A stretch of 53,153 nt of DNA, from assembly GCA_039545335.1 (NCBI GenBank), contig BCIN01000001.1, positions 620,001 through 673,153 of the forward strand, given 5' to 3'. The stretch comes from Kondoa subrosea. Taxonomy: Eukaryota. Shown one piece after another: positions 1 through 11,043 of this stretch (position 1 is its first letter; each line of letters begins with the position of its first letter). The notes below the pieces were generated by a model, which saw only the letters and a list, made by a program, of their open reading frames with translations, was not told the origin of the DNA and made no database searches. The position numbers and the translations under genes were made by a program.

Positions 1-604
1 GACGCAGTTTGGCCATACGCCAAGTGGAACCGGAAGAACCAGCTTTAGGTTTAGGTGGTGCAGCAGTAGAAGGAGGACGATTGCCTGAAGCGGTATGCTC
101 GACTTTATTCCCCTCTTTATCATAGATGGCTGTATTGAGTTCATAGCGAGACATCTTGACTTTATCAGGATCAGGAATAGTCTTGCTAGTATCTTTACGG
201 ATCTTTGCATTGCCTAGACTGCCAAAGAAATCTTGCCCGTAACCATCTGTAGCATCCACTGCTTGTTCTAAACGTAGCGTAGGATCTGCTCCACGTCCAG
301 CTCTCGGATCAAAGGTAGATACCGTGTCTTCGGAGACTGCTTTCTTTTCGTTTACCTTCGAGCCCATGCCTAGCCAATCTTCCCTCTTGAGCGCCGAGGG
401 AGCAGAAGTGATGCTCAGAGATTGAGATGTGGGTATACTTTGCACGCTACTGGACGGCCCAGCATCTTTTTCAGCCCATTCATACTCGTCTTCGCCTGCA
501 AGTTGGTCATCAATGACCCTCGAATGTTTGCTGGAGCTGCTGGATCTAGATGACTTGTGCTTCTTCTCGCTCTTGCGGCCTTCTTTATCCTTGTGTTTGC
601 CCAT
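1..604 (-). CDS. cwf19: CWF19-like spliceosome-associated protein, N-terminal part (runs off the window start)
   Basis: Hand translation of the minus strand from ATG at 604: MGKHKDKEGRKSEKKHK...EYEWAEK...LKREDWL...DFFGSLG...MSRYELN...AGSSGSTWRMAKLR, open to position 1. The EWxEK, REDW, ELN and GSxWRMxKL motifs are typical of fungal Cwf19/CWF19L2 N-termini. Confidence 0.7.
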   Translation of the reverse strand, partial: MGKHKDKEGRKSEKKHKSSRSSSSSKHSRVIDDQLAGEDEYEWAEKDAGPSSSVQSIPTSQSLSITSAPSALKREDWLGMGSKVNEKKAVSEDTVSTFDPRAGRGADPTLRLEQAVDATDGYGQDFFGSLGNAKIRKDTSKTIPDPDKVKMSRYELNTAIYDKEGNKVEHTASGNRPPSTAAPPKPKAGSSGSTWRMAKLR

Positions 605-1067
605 CGGATCGTGGGTGTGAACAGATGTAAATCAACATCAATGACAATGACACTTCTGAGTGTTTAGACAGCCACAAAGAGTCTCTACGAGTATAAGTCG
701 CTATTACTGCTGTCTATGTACAGTTCTTTAGCCCGGAGACAAACAATAGACAGTTGTGTTCGTCCGCACTTGATCTACGCGAAAGACATGAGCGGTCCAC
801 TGGGGATAATTGAGTCGCTACTGGAGAACTTTGCGACCTATAGCAGGTAGCTAGACATACTGAGTTGATTTTGATTAGCAGTCCTACGGATTTCAGGCAT
901 GTTTTGCGTCGCGCAAGAGAAACGAAGACCGCATTGTCAGAACGATGCAAGATATGCAATTGAAGCTGAGGTAATATCTATGCAGGTGATCAAGCAAATG
1001 CTACAGAATTCTCTATAGATGGTTCAGCTATGAGTGACATTGCGTATGAGAAAGCACTAACATATTT

Positions 1068-1115
1068 CTAAGACAGATCAAAGCCTGATCCCTAAGACAG
1101 ATCAAAGCCTGATCC
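1068..1115. repeat. Perfect 24-bp tandem duplication covering the last 7 codons and stop codon of the HECT gene
   Basis: ctaagacagatcaaagcctgatcc at 1068-1091 and 1092-1115. Confidence 0.95.
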
Positions 1116-4100
1116 CGCATTGATAGCTAAGAGCAGCTTGTCTTTCAACAGCTTTCTATCTTGATAGCGTGGAAGTTTCAACAGGTTGACACAAGTGGAA
1201 GCAGTCGGTAGTCTTGACTGATCCGGACCACCATCTCGTATTGCGAAATGCGGATTGAGCTCTTTAAAGCCGAGTAGAGCTGTTCAATTCAAAGTGATTA
1301 GCGATGTAAACAATAAAGGAGCTGCGACTCACGAGCTTTATCAGCTGAAGTAACAAAGCGCACGAACGCTCTTCTCTGCTCGGGCGTGAACTCTTGCAGT
1401 ACTTGCCAAAAGATGTTGACGGTAACGCTTGACTCTTCGATTCCGCCATAAACAGCATTGACTCGCAGATCGTCGACATCAATGGGTTTCTCCGTGCCTC
1501 CGACCAATACACGAAGTTCCGTTTGCGAGAATAATCGCAACCATCGTGGATTGATGACATCCTGCAGACCGGACACGAATGCCGCGCACTGCTTCTGCAA
1601 TTGAGTGTTCAAGCGATAATGACTGATCAAGGTGATATAGCGAAAACGATTTGCGTTGGTAACTGCTGTATCTCTTCCGTTTGGTACCAGATCGACCGTT
1701 CGAGAAACGCCCATATCTGGGATACTGATCAGCGAAAATTACCTTACAAACGCATGGGAATTACCATCTTCGTCAACCGCGAATGTCAGGGACAGATCCG
1801 ATACATCTCCAGTATAGTTCTTCAGATAAACCAAGCCATGATAGAGATCGGGATCTAGCGATTGTAGATCATCGACTATATGCCCTGTCAGACAGTGCCC
1901 TCAAGCGCATATCAGTCCGACTTACGGAAGCTAGTCTTGCCGAGCCACTTGGAGAGGAAGAAAGGTGCAAAGGGAACTGATACTAGAATGCCTTCATACA
2001 GCGCTTTACCGATGATTTGTCCCAAGAAGGTAAACCACTGCAACGAAAGAGCTATGCTATCATATCAGAAGGGTGTTGCTATACAAGCAGGCAGGCAGCT
2101 ACTTACGTTCTTTCGCATACATATGAGGCGCTGGAAAGACTTCTTGATTGTTGTTCGACCGCCAAAGACCTCGATTCACATCGAAAGCTTCTTTGCCCAG
2201 CTCACTATACGTACCTGTCAGCTTAAGGTATCGAAATACGCGATAGGTGGATCATTGACTCACGTCAAGAATTCCTTGAACAGACCGCCTCCATCTATTC
2301 CAGCTTCTTCCACTCCAAATTCGTCAACAAACTGAATCTGCAGTCTTTGCTTCATTCCATGTCCGCCGAGATTATGTAATAGCTGGAATCCATCATCCGC
2401 TACATGACCTCTCCTGATAGTAGCTCTTTGACCAGGTTGACGCATGAAAGGATCGAAAGAAGAGGTACGCGATAGATTTGCTTCTCGATGGCGATCATTC
2501 CATATCAGCTGACGGAAGACGGAAACTCTGGTCTCGAAAGGAATAACGAAAGGGATATTGTTCAGTAGACCGAGACGAGGACTGAGAAAAGCTATCTGTC
2601 TCCTTGAGAGTGCTGAAGGCGCTGCTTTCGGTCTATGGCGCGTATTGAGTCGATCTTGTTCATCTTCTGATTCATCATCTGAGGCATCGGCGCTTGGCAG
2701 GTTAGTCGCTGACATGTTTGCATCTTCCTCTTCGTCCAAACGCTGATCTTCGATACTGCAGGGTGTTTTAGATCAAGGCAGATGGAGTGGCATACAAAAA
2801 CCTACACAGCGCTTTCGACGAAACTCTGGATATCAAACTCATCGGTCATGATGAAATGATCTAGGGGTAAGAATTGCCTTCGACAGCTGCCGGAAGCTTA
2901 GCAAGATCAGCCGATTAAGAGCGACGTTACTTACTCTCGTTCGTGAATAGCAACCAAGAAACCTCTGACCATTGTCCGAAGCTCTTCTGCGTGCATTCGA
3001 GGAATTCCGGGTACCATAACATCATCTATTGGTTCCGTGGACCAGTACAAAGCAAAAGCGATGTTCCTCAACAAGCCAGAAAAAGTAGCGATTTCTTCCA
3101 GCATCAGAGGATTTCTAGAAACCTTTCCAGAGCTTGAAGAAGGGAAGAATTCATCATCTCCCAGAGTGACGAGCGTTCTTGAGTAAAGATGGACAGCCAA
3201 GATAAGCAAATGCCATTCTTGAATCATTGATTTGTTTTGAGTTGTTTCCAAACATCGCACAACCTCCTTCCAACCTTCTTTTCCTTTAGTACTGCTCAAA
3301 GTCTTCATGAGTTCGCCAGATCGGATCCATCCTCTCCAGATCTCCCTTAGCAGACCACTCCCGGCTGACCGATCATAGACTAGTAGAGTAAGAATTTCAT
3401 CTCGTTTAGCTGTCCCAGCAGAATTGGATGTCAGAGCATGTAGGAGAGTAAGTAAGAATCGAGCCAAAAGAGGTCTTGATCGAGGTGATGACGCAAAATG
3501 AGAAGAAGAAGTGAGTAGCTGAGTAAGATGAGGCGTTGAAGTGACTTTGGCTAGTTGCGTCGATATGCGAGCGTCGAGGTTTACTGATCGAGCAGATTGA
3601 GGTTCATCAATGTCCATTGTTAATGTTGCAGAAGCTTTCCCTTTGCCTTTTCGATCAACAGCCGGAAGTAATGCTGAACCTGGAAGTTTCGCTATGCAAG
3701 TGATAAGCAACTCGAACCATCCAGCAAGTTCATCCACTTTAGCGAAGCTTTTGATGCGAGGTTCAAAAAGGGCCATAGAATTTGCGAGAAGGCAAGGCGC
3801 ATTTTTATTGCTGATTGCTAAAATAGGACCAGTAGCGAAGTATTGAAGTATGGGTCTGGTAGGAAGATTGGAGGAGAGGAAGGTTAGTGCCGGCAGCGGT
3901 AGTCGACGAACGAGAAGTTCTATGGATAAAATTTGGGTGACAAAGGCGTGAATGATTGTAGCTTCAGTAGTAGAACGGAAAGGTAGAATTGCTAGAGAAA
4001 TGATCGGCTGAAGTGATGGCGATGAGGCTTTCTTTTCCATGGGTATCGATAGAATATGTCGCCTTATACATTGATAGAAGCCACCTTTCGATAAGAGATG

Positions 4101-4707
4101 CGACAGAAGCGTTTGCGCATTGTACTTCTGTGTTTCTGGATACTTGGCTGAGTCAATCAGCTGCTTGATAATCTCGATAAATAGAGGCGATTGCGGTATA
4201 CTATACCAAGTACATCAAATGAGTAATCTGAAATGAAGCTCGATTCGCAACTCACGAGGGTGACTCGGCAATGACCACCAGAAGCATGCAGCTCATAGAC
4301 CTGAGCATAGCCATCCAACGGGTGCTGTCTGATCCAGCTAGCGGTGCGAAGAGGAGCTTCTCTGTCATTACGATGCGACACCAATTGCTCGAGCGAGCAA
4401 TCGTCGTTTGATCTTTCGGTGCAGAAGGGTTCCACGAGTGTATTAGAAGAGATGTAGCATAGACCAGAGTGTCGGGCTGCAGCGTAATCAAATCGAACTC
4501 ATGACCGCGTTGGGCTGCAACTCTTGCTGCCGCCTGCTTGCGACGCCATTGGGACTGTATGGAGGTAGCTGCTTGAGTTCGTTTCCTTTCCTGCTCCCTG
4601 GCCGCCCTAGCTCGCTTTATATCGTCTTGCGTGTTTGACGCAATTCGCTGACCACTGAGGTTTATCTCTTGCCGCGGCCTGGTCTGCCCTGTGAAGAGCG
4701 ACTGCAT
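1092..4707 (-). CDS. IQ- and HECT-domain E3 ubiquitin ligase (UBE3C/Hul5-like), multi-exon
   Basis: N-terminal [15 protein letters not shown] and IQ-like [14 protein letters not shown] motifs [56 protein letters not shown] and [17 protein letters not shown] (catalytic Cys). Ends [10 protein letters not shown] with the stop at 1092-1094. Confidence 0.93.
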
Positions 4708-4766
4708 TGGTATAGCTGTAGAGGTATGAGAGCACAGTCTATGGTATCAGAGTCGCCTCTTCGCTA

Positions 4767-4863
4767 AGCTTACTAAGTGCTCGCTTGCGAAGGAGATCTG
4801 GAGGCTTCTCGAAAACAATGACGAGGCGATCTCGTATGTGCAAAGTAATCAATGGACTATTGA
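4767..4863 (+). repeat. Diverged direct repeat, copy 1 (partner at 6814-6905)
   Basis: 30-bp exact core aggcttctcgaaaacaatgacgaggcgatc at 4802-4831 and 6849-6878. Both copies have agcttactaagt starting 35 bp upstream and a similar gta(t/c)gtgca...tcaatg.actattga tail. Confidence 0.9.
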
Positions 4864-5367
4864 TGCTAAACCCTAAACAGTCAGTTGTAGAGTCGCACGT
4901 TTGATGCGAGGGCAGCAAGCGCTCCGCTATACAATACATCTGTACAATGCCCGAAGATACTAGAGGTGATGCTAGCTTGCTGATCAGTGAGGCAGGGCGA
5001 ATGAAGCAGACTAAGTTCACCTATGTACAATGCGATACGCTCGATCTCGCACTAGATATTAGTCTGGCTAGCCAGGGTAGAAACAGGCGTGCGATGTCGG
5101 GCTTATCGCTAGCCTCTGATAAGACTTGGGCAAGCCTGTATGAGGAGCAGCAGACTAATGATATATGAGATGACATGCACAGCAGAGCTAGTATCAAACC
5201 GCACCTCAGAAGTTACTTGCGCATATCAGCTCTTGCTTCAGCGCAATTGGCCGTGAGCGGAGACAGCCGGGAGACTTCTTTGGCTTCCGAAGTTCCGAAT
5301 AGCTTCATAATCCGTGCGCCGAGCCCAAATTCGACGTAAATGTCGAATGGGCGAGCGCTGACTTCAA

Positions 5368-6640
5368 TCACTTTTGGTGTTGATGACGATTCAGCCTTCG
5401 CTTCTCTACTGTGCTGAATCCGATTTGGCTCCGTCCTACAGATTGTCCTCGACATGATTGGAACACTTCGTAACTGCTCGCTTGGCGCTTCGATTGGCCG
5501 GCAAATATCCCTCGCGCCACGATATATGCGACAGATTGTCGTGCCATCTGTTGAGAGCGGAACCGCTTCCAGCGTGATTGAGGCTTTAGCCGGATCAAGA
5601 TCTTGTAAGTCCTGCTCGAGCTGGAAAGCGATCATCAACCAGGGAGAAAATTGCAAGAAAGGATTGACCGACGACACTGAAGCCAATAGCCATTGTCCCA
5701 TCATAAGGACCATGCATACCAGTCGATATGAGAGCAGCCACACAGGTGTCGTAGAGGCCGGTCACCTTCTTGAGCAGCGAGGTCGGTAATTCGCTTAGAT
5801 GAGCTCGCGTGCAGGTGATATGAACGAGATTCTGTGGGTTTGGGATCGCTCTTAATGCCCATTAGGAACGCAAGGAAAAGCGTACCCAGAAAGGATGAAT
5901 CTTTCTCACAAAGTGCACCGCTTGTACCGAAGAGAGATCACCCAGCCCAGTGAATACACACGTATGATCGCGCTCGAGGAGTTTCTTGCGCAGGCCACTC
6001 TGAGAGGCACTTGGAAGCCGTCGCCATGATGGCTCCGGATCATCGAGGAAAGATGAAACCAGATTGTCTGGGCAGTCTGATTGATGAGCTGATACCGTGT
6101 CGAAGGGAATAGATCCGCTCTTGGTACTCGATCGGTCTGACTGTACGCAGCGTTCACTTGCAGCCAAGACGGTCAAATACGCGTACGCACAGGAATAGAC
6201 TTGCCAGTGTTCTCATACTCGACGCTTGGAATGACAGTTTGCAGAAGGGAATATCCACACGGCATCATGTCATAGACGTAAAGCTTCGTGCCACCGTCTT
6301 CTCGATCCAACCGCAGTGTGCCAGCTTGGCCAGTCGTAGCTCGACACCATTGCCCTAATGTTTCTGAAGACACACCTCCCAAATCCGCGTTCTGTGACTT
6401 CGTTACGTGCAGCCAGTATTGCGGCACTTCGGGACCTTCGATGCCATGATTGACGTTGCTGACAAGGACGGAGAGACTCTTGTAGTTGTTGAGCAAGACC
6501 TGCATGTCCTCTCGTTTCGCGGTAGCTTGCGTGCTGCCCTTCACTCTAGCGTTGCCTTGCAAGGGGATTTCGCTATCGCACTTCGTCGTATCTGGCTTTA
6601 AATATCTCAAGACTGTAAGGTGATCGGGCAAAAGAGGCAT
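5368..6640 (-). CDS. HNH-endonuclease-like (HNH_2 type) protein, multi-exon, 3' end uncertain and possibly frameshifted
   Basis: Exon ...SQSGLRKKLLERDHTCVFTGLGDLSSVQAVHFVRK fits the fungal HNH_2 pattern RD..CV.TG...A.H. A downstream exon reads GLYDTCVAALISTGMHGPYDG (H..[FY]D motif), then stops at 5595-5597, where another frame begins. Confidence 0.55.
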
Positions 6641-6813
6641 TGAACTTAGAGAGGACCGCACTCTCAATGTACATTCCCACTAGGGAAGCTCAATCCATCT
6701 GCCACAAACACCTTCCTTACCCTGCGTCTTGTCCAGAGAATGATTACATAAGTTCCAAGTCAGGTGACCTGAAGTCCTTTGTAGAAAAGTGACTTCCCTT
6801 TGTCCGCCGTGTG

Positions 6814-6905
6814 AGCTTACTAAGTCCTCCTTCTGGAAGAGGAACCGTAGGCTTCTCGAAAACAATGACGAGGCGATCCGGTACGTGCAGTCAATGTACT
6901 ATTGA
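6814..6905 (+). repeat. Diverged direct repeat, copy 2 (partner at 4767-4863)
   Basis: Same 30-bp exact core at 6849-6878 with collinear flanks. Confidence 0.9.
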
Positions 6906-7077
6906 GAGTAGCTGATGCTCTACCCACTTGCGCTGAAAGTATCACATATAACAGGCCGTATCGCGCAGTTTCTAGAAGTAGTACATTGCATTCGAGTGCT
7001 TTCCCTTTACATTTGTCTCCCTGGCCTAACCTATCAATGAGAATTGAGAATCTTGACTTTTTCTCCAGCCTGAAGAT

Positions 7078-9095
7078 CTAGAAGAGCCAATCCCAGAATC
7101 GTTGCGATCGTGTCGGTGTGACCAAAGCTCGCTTTTCTGCATGATATTGTTCATCTTCGTCCAGTTCTTTGAGATCAGTGACCAGATCGACTTCCTTCAG
7201 AGGAATCAAGCCGCCTTGTTTTCTATAGAGGAATTTACCGAGCCCGTAGAGGAAAATGTTGTAAGGAATTGGGAAATAAGAGGTAATGAATGATTGGGTA
7301 TTCCAGTGACCTGCGCCAATTACTGAGCACACTGACCAAGTCACGCAAGAGATGTTCTCTCACCTTTGATGAAAACCTCGAAGCCGTTTGTGAACATGAC
7401 AAGAACAAGGAAGAATAGGGCGCAGTAGGCTCCCCAAGGCCTATAGTAGGATTATCAGCTTGGTCAAGCAGCACATGGCGAAGACTGACATTGCGACGCC
7501 TTTGAAAGGCAAAGAATCATACTTGCCCTGTGCTTTGCAAGCTTTATTGAAACGAATGTATGTGAGAGTCATCCATGCTAGCGAGGCGAGGACGAAGTCA
7601 GTGGGTTGAAGTTATTAAGCCATGCTTCGCTTACAATAGTTCATTCTGCAAAGCGAATTGAGCAAGATTCTATCATGTCAAAGTGATTTGACTTACAGTG
7701 CTCCAATAGAGGCAAGATCAAGGCTGCGCAGAAGAAGGTAAAGTCAGTCACAGAAGCTACTATTGAAAGCTCCCGACTTACAACCATGTGAAGACTTTGG
7801 CAGTAGTGTTGCTGACAGTGAGGTAACTCAGACACAAAATTGCGATGACCAGGAAGGAAGCAGGCCAGGGGACACCATGCTTGTTGGTCTTGGCGAAGAT
7901 GCGAGGTGCTTTTCCGTCTCTCGCTAAGCCGTTCAGAGTTCGGATGCACACGTCTAGACGTATACAGTCAGCAATGTATTAGCTTGATGATCAAATTGGC
8001 TTACAGCAGAACGAGTTGCCACACTAAGAACAGGATATGAGCCAGCACCTGTCTGAGTGGATGTCACTTACCGACAAAGCTGAGATAAGAACGACAGCGT
8101 TCATGATTTGCGGTAATGTGTTGGACATGCCAGCTAATCTCATTCCACGGACCCAAGGACTTGCGCCAACACCAGTGGAGACGGCAATTGCTTCAATAAG
8201 AGTCGCGTCATTATAAGGGACCACTGGAGGATTATGAGCGAGTGCTAAATCGACTTGGTTCTGTTGAGCACGTACGGATTCCAACACATCTGTTTCATAG
8301 GAGATTAACAGGCGAGTGGACAAATCGAAAGGCAAACTTACAATATACCCACAACGTAGAAGACTGCTAATCTGTAGAAGACTCGGCGAATAGCTTTGGG
8401 GATGGAACGACGGGGGTCTATTGCTTCAGCAGATGCCATTGAAACGAATTCCGGCCCTCCGATCGAAAAAGCAGCAATTCTATTCGACGCAAATAAGCAA
8501 CACAATTGACACAGCTATTGTAGTGAGCTTACTTGAATGTGTACCAGAAACCGGCAAAGCGACCAGTTGCACCGGTGACGATATACTATGGCAAGAGAAA
8601 TTAATAAGCGGATCCCAACATGTTGAGTAGCTTGACGTACCTCTTTCATTAAACCGGGATTTTGCCAATAACTTCATGGTTATCGATTTCGTCATCAGAC
8701 AGATCGGTCCATGATAGAATTGACATACCGGAAGCCAAAGCGACTATCCATCAAAATCAGCTCTCGAACTTGGCAGTATGAAAAGTTGTACTGACTCTCC
8801 ATTAGGATTGCCTCCCAGCATCAGGATGAAGGTCATCAAGATGAGACCGAGGATAAGTATCACTTTCGAGATCGCAAAGTAGAATTCGGTTGCGCCATAG
8901 ATTCGCACGGGAGTGAAGTTAAGTACGCCAAACAGACAGAGAGTTGCAGTAACCCATATCCCTGCGTTCGTGTCGGGCAGCCAGTAATGACATAGACCAG
9001 TAACGGCGGTGATATCGGCTCTGTCAAAGAATTTTAGTTGCGAAACCAATTTATGGCTTCTGGAGGCAAGCGCGCACGCTGTAAAAGCCAATGTC
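7078..9095 (-). pseudogene. Amino-acid permease (APC/YAT family), apparently lacking its 5' part
   Basis: Exons ADITAV...HYW...VRIYGATEFYFAISKVILILGLI...GGNP, RFGFRYWQNPG, GPEFVSMASAEAIDPRRSIPKAIRRVFYRLAVFY, APRIFAKTNKHGVP, SLPFKG and IPLKEVDL...RFWDWLF*. The N-terminal G[GA]xIGTG TM1 region was not found upstream, and homology seems to stop near 9095. Confidence 0.7.
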
Positions 9096-9376
9096 CTTTG
9101 ATTTTTTTTGGAGCTTTCTTTTGGGAGCGCGGGAGGCAGTTTTGAGTCAAGCCATTTTGTGGACGAAAAGAAACAACAAATAAACTGGCTTTTAGTATCG
9201 ATAGTCGACGGACAAGGCTCAAGAATGCACACTGCAATTTTCTGACTACATTGCCGAACCTTTCCCTGAGCGCCTACTCTTTGACCAAATTGACCATGAC
9301 CTTCGGGACTATCGATGCATCAGAAAGAGTGAGTCAGATCTAGGTATGGACCGCGAAGTAATAGACACCGACCTGA

Positions 9377-10974
9377 TCAATCAAGCACAGAGAGGTCAAG
9401 GCCATGCGGTTGAATTAAGTTGGCTGGAAGAAGGTAACCAAGGGTAAGCTCCGATCCGGCCAATTTGCCCCATGTCTTGACGAAGCCGCCAGATCGATGG
9501 ATCTTCATATCTTCCATAATCCAAGCGAGATCTTCGGCCACTTCCGTTTCGATGCCCAGTTCCCTCTTGTATTCGGCTACAGTGTAGGCCTCCAAATCAT
9601 CCTCATCGAAGTCGAAAATATCACTATTGTTCGTCAGCACCACAACAACGAACGCAGAGTGAACCTGACTTCTCGTCTTCGCTTCGTCTGTAGAAAATTT
9701 GTCAGTCAGAGCCAATATACTGACAAATGCACGGCGCTGACTCTTTGAGATGCTTGTGAAGTTTAGCAAAAACTTTCACTTGCATGAAAACCACAGAGTC
9801 CATAAAGCCCGTGTCAAAAGCACCAATACCACTGTCTCGCATGTCAACAATTAGATCTGTCTGTATATAGCTCGACTCACCTTTTTCCGAATGCCATGTA
9901 TGCTTTGCGCGCATCGCCTGCCAGACTGCGGCACAAACCCAAAAACTGTTTAGGTGTTAAACCCATAAAGATAGAAGAGGGGAAGAAGAAGCAGGTGGTG
10001 GCATCGCCGTTCTTGAGCTCTTTCCCGAAGTACGCTGATCGTTTAGGTCCGAAAGCATCCCAGTAGCGACCATTAGGGTAAACAAGTCTGACTTTTTTGT
10101 GGTCGCCATTGATGTAGGAATTAGCGGTGATTGGATCGGTCTCACTGTGCCATTTTGGGATCCAGACTTTCGTAAATTGAGGAATAGCTTGTGCGTTTTC
10201 GATACAGTGACGAGTGATGACCCTTGATGCCAGCTGTTCTGTCTGTCAGCCTCCTCACAGCACGTTGAATATCAGATGCGCACCTCTTGCGGCACAATCA
10301 TGCCTCTCATACACAATTTACCATGTGGGTTGTAAACGTTAGTTCCGGTTGGTAGGCACATAGCAGTGTAGATGGAAGTAATGGAAGTAGGAATAGCACG
10401 GAGAACAGGAGGAGCTCGAGGAGCCAGGTGGTAACGAGTTCGATAGAAAGTCTCGCCTACTACCGTGCCAGCGTGTTCGTTTCCATCTTGCCATGCTGAT
10501 AATGAGAAGTTCTCTGTTGTAGCAATGTCATCGTCCCAAGATCGACCGGTCGCGTATTCCATCACATAAGACAGAAGAGGACAAGTTGCAAGGACGGCCA
10601 TAGCTTGTTCTTTTTGCTCTTCGTGAGCAGTACGGAACTCGGTTATCATAGCAGGATAGCGAGTGTTTAAATAGTCCAGGATGTCGGTCAGCTGCACCCT
10701 GTATTGCCTATTGGCTATTGATGCGTGAAAAGGCGCACAAAACGTACAGTACTGTTGGATGGTATTCGAAGTCCTGCTGAATGGCAGCAACTACTCTTTG
10801 ACTCAATAGTAAAGTCGGAAGAGGTCCATGAAGCAGTGAGCCAATAGTAGATCCAGCGGACTGCAAAGTCTCAGCTTGCGAATGTATTCATTATGCAAGA
10901 GACACGCTCACTAGTGGGATAACAAAGGCTGGAGAGAGTTGAGTTCCAACAGGGATAGCTCTAGGTCGAGACAT
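9377..10974 (-). CDS. Orphan multi-exon hypothetical protein A
   Basis: ATG at 10974 (MSRPRAIPVGTQLSPAFVIPL), then exons separated by canonical short introns (...QDFEYHPTVL / QYRVQLTDILDYLNTRYP...LSAWQDGNEH... / ...KVWIPKWH / RLVYPNGRYWDAFGPKRSAYFG... / ...DIFDFDEDDLEAY...SVLD*). No family recognised. Confidence 0.5.
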
Positions 10975-11043
10975 CTTTGTTCTGCTACGGTTCAAGAGTA
11001 ACCTGCTAAGCTCGAGTTTGAATTTTGTTCCCAAACTGTAATC

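Noticed and set aside
429..959. Short ORFs 429-620 (+) and 714-959 (-)
   Set aside because: The first is antisense to the CWF19-like CDS. The second has no coding features.
10272..10790. Possible CACTA/Plavaka transposase motif (FSLSAWQDG)
   Set aside because: Only a DG dipeptide context. Other conserved transposase motifs were not seen.
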